From the NCBI GenBank assembly GCA_031397145.1, contig JANNLW010000182.1, positions 1 to 35,664 of the forward strand: a stretch of 35,664 nt of DNA. The letters are read 5' to 3'. The stretch is from Sphingomonadales bacterium (GTDB taxonomy: Bacteria > Pseudomonadota > Alphaproteobacteria > Sphingomonadales > Sphingomonadaceae). Positions 8,743-18,940 of this stretch are shown here, in pieces. The notes under the pieces were generated by a model. It was not told the DNA's origin. It made no database searches and saw nothing but the letters and a program-made list of their open reading frames with translations. How positions within the stretch are numbered: the stretch's first letter is position 1; every line of letters begins with the position of its first letter. A program made the translations under genes and the position numbers.

Positions 8743-10401
8743 TCAGTTTCCGCTAAAGCCGGGAGCGGCTGCCTGTTCCGAAGTCTTTGGCTGGCGATCA
8801 CGTGTCGGAGTCGCGTTGGCGCCGACCGACGGAGCAACGATTGTTGCAGCGGGAGCCATTGTCGGGACAGGGCGCTTTTCGCCTGAATTTCCAGAGTGAG
8901 TTTGGCCAAGAAGGACACGTCCGGCGTCTGTGGCGGCCTTGAAGCCGTCCGTCGGGAGTGCGATCTGGTTCGCCGAAACCGGCTTCACCAGATAAGGCGT
9001 CACGATGATGACGAGCTCGGTTTCACTCTTGCGATATCGCGTGGATCGGAACAGTGCGCCCAGAACCGGCACATTGCCGAGCCCTGGTGCACGGTCGATC
9101 GCATTGGTCTGCGAGTTGCGCAGCAGTCCACCAATCATGAATGACTGGCCGGAGCCGAGTTCGACCGTCGTTTCCGCGCGGCGAGTTGTGATACCGGGAA
9201 CATTGTAACCGTTGAGTACAATCGAACCTTCCGAAGAAAGTTCCGATACTTCGGGGCGGACCCGCATCGAAATCCGGCCATCACCAAGGACGGTCGGGCT
9301 GAACGCCAGGCTCACGCCGTATTGTTTATACTCGATTGTTATTTGTCCGAGTTGCTGCGAAATTGGGATTGGAAATTCGCCGCCCGCAAGAAAGCTCGCG
9401 GTTTCGCCAGAGAGGGCTGTAAGATTTGGCTGTGCAAGCGTTGTAACCAGGCCTTCGGTTTCGGCCAGATCAATCGCCGAAGCGAAGTCTAGCCCCAGGA
9501 ACTTTCCAGCAAGGCCGATCGATGTCTTACCAGCTCCCAGACCAAGATTCGCGAGGTTGTACGCAGTTCCTGCCGAGCCGACGACTGGCAATCCGGTTGC
9601 CGGATTGATCGGAATGGTTCCGGTCGCCCCAGGGAAGAAATTTGAGGCGGGAACCGTGGGGAAACCGGTTGTCGGGATATTTCCGATCGAGCCGAAATTT
9701 CGTCCTTGTGCGATCCCGAACAGGAATCCACCGGTCGTATCGCGGTTCATCAGATTGACGCCAAGCTCTTTGACGAGGCTGCGGCTGACTTCTGCAATCT
9801 TGACCTGAAGGTTCACCTGCAACGGCGTTGCCGTGCGCAGGCGGCTGACCACCTTGGTATCGTCGCCGACGAAGGCCTGAACCAGACGTTCGGCTTCAGC
9901 GCTATCCTCCGGACCAGAAACAGTGCCGGTAAGCAACACAAGGCCGTTCATCGGCGTGGTCTGGATTGCGGCTTCTGGCATTGCCAGTTTCAGCATCGTG
10001 TCGATCGAATTGGTGTTGGTACCGGCCCGGACGTTGGCTGAATAGACAACCGCGCCGCCCTTTGAGGTGGCAAACACGCTCGATTCGCCTGGCTTCTTGG
10101 CAAACACGTAGATTTGTGTCGCTGATCTCACCTGAACGTCGGCCACGTCTTCATTGGCTACAAAAACATCGCTGATCGCGCTGGGCAGGTTGACCAACTG
10201 GCCACGCCCAACTGACAGGTTCAAATCGATTGCAGGCCTTTGTGTGCTGGGTGTGCCATGGGTAACCCTGACGACCGGGCGTGCTCGGTTCTTGGCGGTT
10301 GCTGCGCCGACACCAATGGCCGTCAGCAGCATCGCCGAACTGATTATGACCGTCGTAGCGCGCACCAGTGAGGCACTTGTGAAGAGACTTGCCTTATTCA
10401 T
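8743..10401 (-). CDS. cpaC: Tad pilus secretin CpaC/RcpA
   Basis: QVNLQVKIAEVSR, LAQPNLTALSGETASFLAGGEFPIP, ETTVELGSGQSF, ETELVIIVTPYLV; GGAGG RBS before the ATG at 10401. Confidence 0.95.
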   Translation of the reverse strand: MNKASLFTSASLVRATTVIISSAMLLTAIGVGAATAKNRARPVVRVTHGTPSTQRPAIDLNLSVGRGQLVNLPSAISDVFVANEDVADVQVRSATQIYVFAKKPGESSVFATSKGGAVVYSANVRAGTNTNSIDTMLKLAMPEAAIQTTPMNGLVLLTGTVSGPEDSAEAERLVQAFVGDDTKVVSRLRTATPLQVNLQVKIAEVSRSLVKELGVNLMNRDTTGGFLFGIAQGRNFGSIGNIPTTGFPTVPASNFFPGATGTIPINPATGLPVVGSAGTAYNLANLGLGAGKTSIGLAGKFLGLDFASAIDLAETEGLVTTLAQPNLTALSGETASFLAGGEFPIPISQQLGQITIEYKQYGVSLAFSPTVLGDGRISMRVRPEVSELSSEGSIVLNGYNVPGITTRRAETTVELGSGQSFMIGGLLRNSQTNAIDRAPGLGNVPVLGALFRSTRYRKSETELVIIVTPYLVKPVSANQIALPTDGFKAATDAGRVLLGQTHSGNSGEKRPVPTMAPAATIVAPSVGANATPTRDRQPKTSEQAAAPGFSGN

Positions 10402-10402
10402 C

Positions 10403-11413
10403 TTACTTGCCTCCGACCAGAATGACATCCGGTGTCCTGTTGCTCCCGCGGAGAATCTTCACCACTGGACCCATAGATTGCAGATCAACTGCGCTACCGC
10501 CTGAAGGAGCCCCGCCTCCTGGCGAGACAGTCTGACGTGGTACCGAGCGACGCTGGAACCGAGACACGTCGGCACCGGTCACAAAAGTTGTGTCGGTATC
10601 GACAGGGCGCGATGCGACAGCAAGCAGCATGCGCTTTTCAGCCTTGGGATCATTGCCTTCAGGCACCTTGACTTCACCGGCCGCAATGGCGCGCTCAAGT
10701 TCGGCCGTGTTGTCTGCGATCGAACGGAGTGAGAGCGAAACCTGACCGATTGTCTGCGCGACCGCGATCTTTTCGGCGATACGCGGCGTCGATTCGAGCG
10801 TAACGGTCGCTACGACCTTGACGAGCTTGTTGCCCTCATCATCCTCGGGAAGCGTCGACTGGTCGACGGCGAGGACGCGGACATTCCGCACGAATGTTTC
10901 CGATGTTTTGAGGGCTGATCCGCCGCCGTCTCCGGCAACCGTCTGAGTCAACACCAGGTCAACGCGGTCTCCTGGGAAAACAAAGCCGGCAACACCGCTT
11001 TGTGCCGAAACAGGTACCGTAACGGCACGCATGCCCGGCCCGAGGGCCGCAGCAAGGAAGCCGCGATCACCCGATTTGACGAGCGCACCCTTTGTCAGCG
11101 GCTGTCCAGCGGTTACAGCTGCGCGAACGACTGTTCCCTGCAGGCTGTTTGGATCGGCTTCGCCTTTGAGATAATAGGCATTCTCGATCAGTTGTGATGG
11201 CCAGGGCTGATAGCGGAAGCTATCGGCTTCAATGATCGTGCCGACCGGTAGTGACCGTGTCGCCACAAGTATCTGTGGGCCGTCGTTGGCCGGCATGGCC
11301 GACGCGACGGCCTGAGGCGCAGAGGCCTGGCTAAACATGCTCTTCGCCAAAAAGGCAGTACCGCTCGCAATAATCAGCGCAACGACTAGCAGGACAATCT
11401 TCTTTGCATCCAT
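10403..11413 (-). CDS. cpaB: Flp pilus assembly protein CpaB/RcpC (SAF domain)
   Basis: GMRAVTVPV...SGVAGFVFPGDRVDLVLT, NVRVLAVDQ; start set at the ATG of MDAKKIV. Confidence 0.93.
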   Translation of the reverse strand: MDAKKIVLLVVALIIASGTAFLAKSMFSQASAPQAVASAMPANDGPQILVATRSLPVGTIIEADSFRYQPWPSQLIENAYYLKGEADPNSLQGTVVRAAVTAGQPLTKGALVKSGDRGFLAAALGPGMRAVTVPVSAQSGVAGFVFPGDRVDLVLTQTVAGDGGGSALKTSETFVRNVRVLAVDQSTLPEDDEGNKLVKVVATVTLESTPRIAEKIAVAQTIGQVSLSLRSIADNTAELERAIAAGEVKVPEGNDPKAEKRMLLAVASRPVDTDTTFVTGADVSRFQRRSVPRQTVSPGGGAPSGGSAVDLQSMGPVVKILRGSNRTPDVILVGGK

Positions 11414-11459
11414 GATGCCAACCCCCTGGTTTACAGGTAAAACCCAATTGAAATCGTCT

Positions 11460-11933
11460 TCAACCAAATTGGTTAAGATTTCGTTCGTAGATTGCCCAAA
11501 GTCCGGCGAGCGAAATAGCGAGCCCATAGGGAATCTCGAGCGGAACCTCGGATTGCGACAGTTTGTGGCGAATCAGCATCGCCAAGGTGAGGACGCCTCC
11601 GGCAATCGACATGACAATCACGAGACGCAGCATCACGAGTCCCGGGAACCACAAAGCCAGGCCTCCGAGCAGTTTTACGTCTCCGCCACCCATCGCTCCT
11701 ATCGCAAACAGCCCAGCGCCGAGTGCGAAGATGAAGGCGGCGATGCCGATCTGAAGTGCAATATCCGGCCACCAATTGAGGCCGGTCGCCCACCAGTACA
11801 AAGGTGCTGTCAGCGCAATCGTGGCCGTTAGCCAGTTATCAATGCTGCGTCGCTGCCAGTCAGTGACAGCTCCTATAAGCAGGAGCAGCGCCAATAGGCC
11901 AAGAAGCGCAAATTCCGGTGTTTCGATCGTCAT
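11460..11933 (-). CDS. cpaA: Prepilin peptidase CpaA/TadV (A24 family)
   Basis: Multi-TM protein with catalytic Asp motifs AVTDW..R.I.N and MGGGDVKL; IPYGLAIS. Confidence 0.92.
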   Translation of the reverse strand: MTIETPEFALLGLLALLLLIGAVTDWQRRSIDNWLTATIALTAPLYWWATGLNWWPDIALQIGIAAFIFALGAGLFAIGAMGGGDVKLLGGLALWFPGLVMLRLVIVMSIAGGVLTLAMLIRHKLSQSEVPLEIPYGLAISLAGLWAIYERNLNQFG

Positions 11934-11981
11934 AAGCCTGTGCCATTAGAGGCAACCACTTACGAAAAAGTAACCATCGGC

Positions 11982-12929
11982 ATGACTTCTTCTCTCAGTG
12001 TACGGCGCAGTTATCCTTCAGGATCAAGGATTGAGAGCGTACCCGCGCCTGATGGATGGAAGGTGCGCAGTTTTGAATGGCCGGTACAAGAGTCACCTCG
12101 GGGATCGATTCTCTTTCAAGGCGGTCGCGGGGATATTATCGAAAAATATCTGGAAGTGTTTGACCATTGGCATCGCGAACGATGGAATGTCACAGCTTTT
12201 GATTGGCGTGGCCAAGGCGGCTCGGGGCGGATGGCAGCGGACCCCCATGTCGGGCATTGCCTCGATTTTGGCGTCTGGATTGATGATCTGGCTTCATTTT
12301 ATGCTGATTGGCACGCACGTATGCCGGGCCCGCATATTGTTGTGGGCCACAGCATGGGTGGACATCTGCTCCTGCGGGCGCTGTCGGAACGGCGTATCGC
12401 ACCGGATGCGGCGATCCTTGTCGCGCCGATGCTCGGCTTCGAAACCAAACCCCTGCCGCTTGGCCTTGCGGCGTGGCTCGTTCGGCAGTTGGCGAGATTG
12501 TGGCCGGAGCGCGCAGCATGGAAAGTCAACGAACGGCCCGCCCCTCGCGGGACATCGCGTCAGCGTTTCCTGACTCACGACAGTGATCGCTACAGCGACG
12601 AACTCTGGTGGAAGAAGGAGAAACCCGAGCTGGAGCTTGGTCCGCCGAGCCTCAAATGGCTTGAACAGGCCTATGGCTCAGCACTCAGGCTGCGCAAGCC
12701 TGGAGCCCTTGAACATATTGCGATCCCGATGCTGGTGCTCGGCACGTGGGGCGATCAATTGGTCAACCCCGCTGCGATCCCGCACCTGGCCGCTCGGCTG
12801 CCCCGCTGCATGCTCAAGATGTTCGATCCGAGTGTCGCGCATGAAATCCTGCGCGAATGTGATGGACCTCGCGATGAAGCGATCGCCCTCATCGATTCGC
12901 TGCTGAACAGCATCAAGGCAGGCGCATGA
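11982..12929 (+). CDS. Alpha/beta hydrolase, lysophospholipase L2 (PldB)-like
   Basis: IEKY.E, FDWRGQGGSGR, nucleophile elbow GHSMGG, HEILRE. Confidence 0.85.
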   Translation: MTSSLSVRRSYPSGSRIESVPAPDGWKVRSFEWPVQESPRGSILFQGGRGDIIEKYLEVFDHWHRERWNVTAFDWRGQGGSGRMAADPHVGHCLDFGVWIDDLASFYADWHARMPGPHIVVGHSMGGHLLLRALSERRIAPDAAILVAPMLGFETKPLPLGLAAWLVRQLARLWPERAAWKVNERPAPRGTSRQRFLTHDSDRYSDELWWKKEKPELELGPPSLKWLEQAYGSALRLRKPGALEHIAIPMLVLGTWGDQLVNPAAIPHLAARLPRCMLKMFDPSVAHEILRECDGPRDEAIALIDSLLNSIKAGA

Positions 12930-14041
12930 CATATTTTGATGTTGCAATCATCGGCGCGGGCATGGCCGGAGCGAGCCTTGCAGCCGAATTGGCAGGTGAC
13001 ATGTCGGTCGTCATTCTCGAATCGGAAGCTCAGCCGGGCTATCACGCAACCGGTCGCTCTGCCGCGTTCTGGCACGAAACCTACGGCGGGCCTGTGGTCC
13101 AGCCCCTTTCCAAGGCATCGCTCGGCTGGCTTTCAAAGCCTCCGCCCGAATTCGGCGTTGAAACATTTCTCGCTCCGCGCGGAGCGATCACACTTTGCCG
13201 TGAAAATGAACGAGCGAAGCTTGAATCATTTGCCGCTTCCTTCGCCACCAACGGACTTAGCTTTGAATGGCTCGATCGTATTGGTCTTGACGCCCATTGC
13301 CCTGGATTGCGCCATGATTGGACCCTAGGCCTTCGCGAGCCGGATTGTGCCGATATCGACGTTGCCGGAGTGCATCAGGCATTCCTCAAATCAGCAGCGC
13401 GATCCGGAGCCGAATTGAAGTGTAACGCCGGCCTCATGACGGCAAGTCGCTTGGGCAAGAGCTGGACGCTCGAAACCGGGAAGGGCTCGTTTGCCGCGGG
13501 CATCATCGTCAACGCAGCCGGTGCATGGGCGGATCAGGTTGCAACCAGCGCCGGCGTGAAACCCATCGGTATCTCTCCCTTTCGACGTACAATGGTCCAA
13601 CTGAGATTCGACCGTGCTATCCCAAGAACCTTGCCTCTGACCATTGATGTCAACGGCCAGTTCTATTTCAAATCAGACGGTGCGGACGGCGTTTGGTTGA
13701 GTCCGCATGACGAAATACCGTCCCCGCCGACGGATGCAGCGCCAGAAGAACTGGACGTTGCGATTGCCATTGACCGGTTGGAGCAGGTTGTCGAATGGCA
13801 AGTGAGACAGGTCACCCACAAATGGGCAGGCTTGCGCAGCTTTGCGCCTGATCGATTGCCCGTCTACGGTTTCGATGTCGATATGCCCGGCTTTTTCTGG
13901 TTCGCCGGGCAGGGTGGTTTTGGAATTCAGACAGCACCAGCCGCGGCCAAGATCGGGGCAAGCATCCTTACCGGCAAACGCGCCGATCCAATGGTCGAGC
14001 AAATTGACGTTGGACGCTATGCGCCCAAACGCTTTACTTGA
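12926..14041 (+). CDS. FAD-dependent oxidoreductase, DAO family (D-amino acid/D-arginine dehydrogenase-like)
   Basis: IIGAGMAGAS Rossmann motif, GYHATGRSAA, VNAAGAWAD, WAGLRSFAPDR, AGQGGFGIQT; ATGA overlap with the hydrolase gene. Confidence 0.88.
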   Translation: MTYFDVAIIGAGMAGASLAAELAGDMSVVILESEAQPGYHATGRSAAFWHETYGGPVVQPLSKASLGWLSKPPPEFGVETFLAPRGAITLCRENERAKLESFAASFATNGLSFEWLDRIGLDAHCPGLRHDWTLGLREPDCADIDVAGVHQAFLKSAARSGAELKCNAGLMTASRLGKSWTLETGKGSFAAGIIVNAAGAWADQVATSAGVKPIGISPFRRTMVQLRFDRAIPRTLPLTIDVNGQFYFKSDGADGVWLSPHDEIPSPPTDAAPEELDVAIAIDRLEQVVEWQVRQVTHKWAGLRSFAPDRLPVYGFDVDMPGFFWFAGQGGFGIQTAPAAAKIGASILTGKRADPMVEQIDVGRYAPKRFT

Positions 14042-14207
14042 CGGCTGTGATTTCGGCCGAACCCGAATTCTGGACGTTCTCGATGCACTTCATAACACCG
14101 GCTTTCGAGGCGTAACCTTCGCTCGCCGTCGCGAGGATGTTGCCATTGGCGTGACGCAGCCTCCACCGATGCTCACCCTTTTTGTCCTTGTACACCTCGA
14201 ACTTCAT
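14034..14207 (-). CDS. YegP/DUF1508 (UPF0339) family small protein, 57 aa
   Basis: Translated by hand: MKFEVYKDKKGEHRWRLRHANGNILATASEGYASKAGVMKCIENVQNSGSAEITAVK*. AGGAG RBS upstream. Too short for the ORF track. Confidence 0.88.
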   Translation of the reverse strand: MKFEVYKDKKGEHRWRLRHANGNILATASEGYASKAGVMKCIENVQNSGSAEITAVK

Positions 14208-14236
14208 AATCCGACTCCTGACAATGGAGTCGCAAG

Positions 14237-14692
14237 TTATGCACTGCTTGCCTGAGCAATCAAGGCTGCATCGCTCGCCAACCGGTCTGCGCGTTCATTG
14301 TCTGCATCACCCGCATGGCCCTTCACCCAGACCCAATCAATCCGGTGTCTTTGGGTTGCGGCGAGAAGCTCTTGCCAAAGCTCGGTATTCTTGACCGGCT
14401 TCTTGTCCGAAGTACGCCATCCATTGCGCTGCCAGCCATGGATCCAGCGCGTGATTCCTTCCTTCACATAAACACTGTCAGTAACAATGGTGACATGGCA
14501 AGGGCGGCTTAGCGCCTCGAGGCCGCGAATCGCTGCGGTCAGTTCCATCCGGTTGTTGGTCGTATGGGTCTCGCCGCCGGAAATCTCTTTTTCTCGTGTG
14601 CCGGAACGAATGACCACTCCCCAACCACCAGGACCCGGATTGCCCTTGCAGGCCCCGTCAGTGATGACTTTCACCTTCGAGAGTTCACTCAT
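14237..14692 (-). CDS. rnhA: Ribonuclease HI
   Basis: [35 protein letters not shown]...NERAD.LA. Confidence 0.98.
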   Translation of the reverse strand: MSELSKVKVITDGACKGNPGPGGWGVVIRSGTREKEISGGETHTTNNRMELTAAIRGLEALSRPCHVTIVTDSVYVKEGITRWIHGWQRNGWRTSDKKPVKNTELWQELLAATQRHRIDWVWVKGHAGDADNERADRLASDAALIAQASSA

Positions 14693-15627
14693 AAGGATGC
14701 GTAGTGATCAAGGCGGCGGAGAAAGGCCAAGGGATCCTTGCGCGTCACCAGTGCATCGGCGGGGGTGTTCAGCCAATCCCATGCACGCGTCAGAAGGAAG
14801 CGCAAGCACGCGCCGCGCGCCAGGATCGGAAAGGCGATCCGCTCCGCATCGCTGAGCCCGAAGGACTCCTCGTAACCTGCAAGGAGCGCGTCGCCCACAG
14901 CCGGATTGAAACCGGTGCCATCCGTCTCGAAGCTCCAGGCCGCGTGGGTTACTGCAACATCCCAGGCGCGGATTTCGGTACAAGCAAAGTAGAAGTCAAT
15001 CAGTGCACCAACCCGGTTTCCGACCATCAACACATTGTCTGGAAAAAGATCGGCATGAATCACGCTTCGGGGAAGATCAGACGGCCAGTGCGTATTGAGG
15101 AAGGTGCATTCCTTTGCCACGCGTTCCCTGAGGCCAACCTGGATGGCGTTGAGATTGTCGCCGCAACGATCGGCCAACTCAAACCAGCCCTCCAGACCAA
15201 GGCCGTTTGGGCGATTCATTGGAAAACTGGCAGCGGCTTTATGAACTTGTCCCAACGCCACGCCGACAGCTCGGGCTTGTGGAGCAGTTGGATGCGAGAC
15301 CGAGATGCCCGACGCAAATTCGATCAGGGCGATGAACTTGCCATTCCAATGAACCGTTCTGCTGCCGTCACTGGTATGGCGCGCCCGCGGAACCGGGCAG
15401 CCATTGTCCGCAAGATGGTCGATGAGCGAAAGGAAAAATGGCAAGTCATTTGCATCCACCCTCTTTTCGTAAACGGTGAGGATGAAGCGTCCAGCCGCTG
15501 TCTCAACCAGATAGTTGCTGTTTTCGACGCCCTCGGCAATGCCCTTGGCCGACACCAGATCACCTGCGCCAAAGGCGCGGACAATGTCGGCCATATCCTC
15601 CGCCGCGATATGTGTGTAGACGGCCAT
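14689..15627 (-). CDS. thrB: Homoserine kinase, type II (APH-like)
   Basis: [43 protein letters not shown]; overlaps the rnhA start. Confidence 0.95.
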   Translation of the reverse strand: MAVYTHIAAEDMADIVRAFGAGDLVSAKGIAEGVENSNYLVETAAGRFILTVYEKRVDANDLPFFLSLIDHLADNGCPVPRARHTSDGSRTVHWNGKFIALIEFASGISVSHPTAPQARAVGVALGQVHKAAASFPMNRPNGLGLEGWFELADRCGDNLNAIQVGLRERVAKECTFLNTHWPSDLPRSVIHADLFPDNVLMVGNRVGALIDFYFACTEIRAWDVAVTHAAWSFETDGTGFNPAVGDALLAGYEESFGLSDAERIAFPILARGACLRFLLTRAWDWLNTPADALVTRKDPLAFLRRLDHYASL

Positions 15628-15740
15628 CGCGTCAGGCGCAGTTCAGATGGCGAAGGGCAGGACGTGCAATCATTGGGTCCAGCCCCGTAATGGACGGATT
15701 TGTCTGGCGCAATTCACTTGATTGCATTGGGTAAACCCGC

Positions 15741-18704
15741 TTGTCTGTTATTATGCGTCTTTCTGTTCGTCCCCGCCGACTATTGCTGCTGCTTGGTGCG
15801 GGCATCCTTCTGGTCCTTTTTGGCGTCTATCTTGAACGAAAAGCCATCACCCGACGCTTTGCCGATGCTGAACTCGTGGCCCGGAAGATCAATGCGAAGT
15901 ATGAATTAAAGGCGATCGGTCCGCGCGTGCAGCGGATTGAAAATGTTGTTTTGGGCGACCCGAAGTCGCCGGATCTGACCGCAGACTGGGTTGAAATCAG
16001 GCTCGGGCTTGGGTTGTATGGCGTCAGGGTAAGCGGGTTGCGCGCAAGCGGAGTGCGGCTTCAAGGCCGATTGGCGAATGGCAAGCTGAGCTTTGGTGCA
16101 TTGGATCGCCTCCTCCCGGCGCCGAGCAGCGAACCGTTCCGCCTGCCAGACATGGACGTTGCGCTGGTCGACACCGTGATGCTGATCCAGACAGACTTTG
16201 GAGAATTCACCGCGCGGATGGACGGCCAAGGCAATTTGGTCAGCGGCTTTGTCGGCAGTGTCCAGGCCAATGCCTCGAAAATCAGAACCGCGAAATTTGA
16301 AGGAACGGATGTTGCGTCACGGCTCAAGGTTTCGACAATGCGGAGACGCATCGAATTCAGCGGGCCGTTGACCGTTGGCAGGTTTCTGACCGGAGGGAAC
16401 ACGCTGGGTCCGGTCTCTCTTCAGGTAAAGGGGGCGTCAAACGAGTCTTTCACAAACGTGGGAGCAAGCTGGGCCATGTCCGCAGCGGTTGAAAAACTGT
16501 CGCTTGGCGCAGCGAAACGAATTCAGGGGGAAGGCAGGTTCGATCTTGACCCTGGCAGTCAGCGACTCACTGCGAGATTGCAGATTGAGGGAGCAAGGCC
16601 GGGATCCGGGGCACAGGCCTGGTTGGAAACCGCGCTCCCGAAAGGTGCCGGTACGCCGCTGGAGTCGCTGGGTCGCCAACTCCGGCTGTCTTTTGGTATG
16701 CTTGAAAAGGGAAGCGTGGCGACCTTGCCTGTCGAATATCGTTTGTCGGATGGGCAGCGCACTTTGCTGGTCGGGCCGCCAACCGTACTCGCGTCGTCGG
16801 GTGCCCGATTCGTCGGAAGCGGTCGCGGGTTGGTCTTGCCACTTGATCGCGGAAAGACCAGTTTCGACGGCGTTTTCGGACTCTCGGGGGGCGGATTTCC
16901 TGTGGGCACCGTCCGGATGGCGATGACGAATGGGGTTTGGACCGGTACCGCGAGATTTCAGCCCTATCGCGCAGGTCGCGCCCGGCTGGCTCTCACCCCG
17001 GTCGAATTTGGTTACTCGAAATCGGGATTTGGTCTGCGTACAGTGGCGCTGCTGGATGGGCCGCTGGGTGGGGGCCAGATTTCGGGATTGAAGATTCCGG
17101 TCGCGATGCGGCCCGGGCTCACTTCGCTCGACGGCTGTTTCGTTCCCGGTTTCCGGTCGCTCGACATTGGAGGGCTGCACCTTGCTCCAGCCTCGTTCAG
17201 GACATGCGTATCGGGAAATGACGCGCGCATGTCCGCGATACGGTTGTCAGGCCGCCTTGGGTCCTCGCCCATCCAGATTGCCGCCAACAATGCGAGCATA
17301 GGCCTCTCGCGCGGTGATTTTGCTATTACGGGGGTCGCGGGCACGCTTGGGGATATCGATCGACGCTCGCTATTCAAACTTGACAGCCTTTCCGGAACCT
17401 TCGGGAATTCGATAGCAAAAGGACTGTTCTCTGGCGTTTCCGGCGAGATTGGAAATGTTCCGCTGAAAATTTCCGAGGGTCGGGGACGCTGGCAGTTCGG
17501 TGCGAACATACTCCAGCTGAACGGCGGCCTCAGGGTGGCCGATCGCGCTGCGGATCCTCGATTCAATCCGCTTGTATCGGACAATTTCTCGCTACGCCTC
17601 TCGGACAACCAGTTCCATGCGACCGGCATCGCGCGCGAACCCAAGACGGCAGCGCGGGTTGCAGCCGTCGATATCAAGCATGATCTGTCGTCAGGATTTG
17701 GCAGCGCAATACTCGACGTTGATGGCTTGACCTTCGGGCAGACGCTCCAGCCCGAAATGCTCACCAGCACCACGCTTGGCGTGATTGCGAATGTGGTTGG
17801 CAAGATTGACGGTCGTGGTGTCATTCGTTGGACGCCCGACGGTGTCTCCAGCACGGGAACCTTCCGCACCGATAATCTCGATCTTGCAGCGGCCTTTGGC
17901 CCGGTCACCGGCCTCAGCGGCGAAATTGCCTTATCCGACCTGCTCGGCCTGGAAACCACGGCCGGACAAAGCGTCCGCATCACCTCAATCAATCCTGGCA
18001 TTGCGGTCAATGACGGAACTATCCGATACCAGTTGTTGCCCGATCTCAAGATCAGGATCGAAGGGGGACGTTGGCCGTTCGCTGGCGGATGGCTGATCCT
18101 TGAACCGACCATGTTCGATCTGTCGCAAGCGGCCGAACGACGGCTGACCTTTCGGGTCGAAGGCCTGGATGCCGGGCAGTTTATTAACCAGCTCCAGTTC
18201 GAAAATATTGATGCCACTGGAATTTATGACGGCGTTCTTCCGATGATCTTCGACGAACGTGGCGGAAGGATCGAGGGCGGGCGTCTCGTCGCGCGCAGCG
18301 GCGGCGGCACGCTGGCCTATGTCGGCGAAATCTCCAACCAGAACCTTGGAACGATGGGCCGTGTGGCCTTCGATGCGCTCAAATCGATCAAATATGACCG
18401 GCTGAGCATCGATCTTGGCGGCCCGATTGACGGCGATGTTGTCACACGGATCAGTTTTGCCGGCGTCAATCAGGCGCCAATTTCGGGAGTGCGGGCCAAA
18501 CTGCCCATCCCGATCCGCATCACCGGCCTCACGAATTTTCCCTTCATCTTCAACGTGACGATTACCGCGCCGTTCCGAAAATTGTTCGACATGAGCCGCA
18601 CGATCAGCGATCCTTCACTCCTGATCGAGCGACTGAATCCGCACTTGCAGCGAATCGGACCCGCGAAAACCATTCAGCCACCAGAAAGCGAGCCTGTGCG
18701 ATGA
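15741..18704 (+). CDS. ydbH: YdbH family AsmA-like intermembrane (lipid transport) protein
   Basis: 987 aa with an N-terminal TM anchor and beta-rich body; C-terminal INPGIAV.DG, GG.WPFAGG, ATG.YDG.LP, AFDALKSIKY; followed by ynbE and ydbL. Start codon uncertain. Confidence 0.82.
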   Translation: MSVIMRLSVRPRRLLLLLGAGILLVLFGVYLERKAITRRFADAELVARKINAKYELKAIGPRVQRIENVVLGDPKSPDLTADWVEIRLGLGLYGVRVSGLRASGVRLQGRLANGKLSFGALDRLLPAPSSEPFRLPDMDVALVDTVMLIQTDFGEFTARMDGQGNLVSGFVGSVQANASKIRTAKFEGTDVASRLKVSTMRRRIEFSGPLTVGRFLTGGNTLGPVSLQVKGASNESFTNVGASWAMSAAVEKLSLGAAKRIQGEGRFDLDPGSQRLTARLQIEGARPGSGAQAWLETALPKGAGTPLESLGRQLRLSFGMLEKGSVATLPVEYRLSDGQRTLLVGPPTVLASSGARFVGSGRGLVLPLDRGKTSFDGVFGLSGGGFPVGTVRMAMTNGVWTGTARFQPYRAGRARLALTPVEFGYSKSGFGLRTVALLDGPLGGGQISGLKIPVAMRPGLTSLDGCFVPGFRSLDIGGLHLAPASFRTCVSGNDARMSAIRLSGRLGSSPIQIAANNASIGLSRGDFAITGVAGTLGDIDRRSLFKLDSLSGTFGNSIAKGLFSGVSGEIGNVPLKISEGRGRWQFGANILQLNGGLRVADRAADPRFNPLVSDNFSLRLSDNQFHATGIAREPKTAARVAAVDIKHDLSSGFGSAILDVDGLTFGQTLQPEMLTSTTLGVIANVVGKIDGRGVIRWTPDGVSSTGTFRTDNLDLAAAFGPVTGLSGEIALSDLLGLETTAGQSVRITSINPGIAVNDGTIRYQLLPDLKIRIEGGRWPFAGGWLILEPTMFDLSQAAERRLTFRVEGLDAGQFINQLQFENIDATGIYDGVLPMIFDERGGRIEGGRLVARSGGGTLAYVGEISNQNLGTMGRVAFDALKSIKYDRLSIDLGGPIDGDVVTRISFAGVNQAPISGVRAKLPIPIRITGLTNFPFIFNVTITAPFRKLFDMSRTISDPSLLIERLNPHLQRIGPAKTIQPPESEPVR

Positions 18705-18751
18705 GGGGATTGATGTTGACTAAGGGGAGACCCGAAGGTTACGCCGGGGCC

Positions 18752-18940
18752 ATGAAACAGCTCGCCACTCTTTTTAGTGCCGCAAGCATAGCGGTCTGCG
18801 GAGGGTGCGTACAGGTTCAGGCACCCGACAAACCGATCGAAATCAACCTGAACGTCAATATCAGGCAAGAGGTGGTTTACAGCCTGAAGCAGGATGCAAA
18901 CGACCTTATCAAAGATAACCCGGAGTTGTTTCCGAAATGA
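18752..18940 (+). CDS. ynbE: YnbE family lipoprotein
   Basis: Lipobox-like GGC followed by V.APDKPIEINLNVNI..E, ending PELF; an alternative in-frame start exists at 18701. Confidence 0.88.
   Translation: MKQLATLFSAASIAVCGGCVQVQAPDKPIEINLNVNIRQEVVYSLKQDANDLIKDNPELFPK

Noticed and set aside
15628-15740. Remnant of ispH, which often precedes thrB-rnhA in alphaproteobacteria
   Set aside because: No recognisable IspH peptide in the 113-bp gap; it looks like a divergent promoter region.
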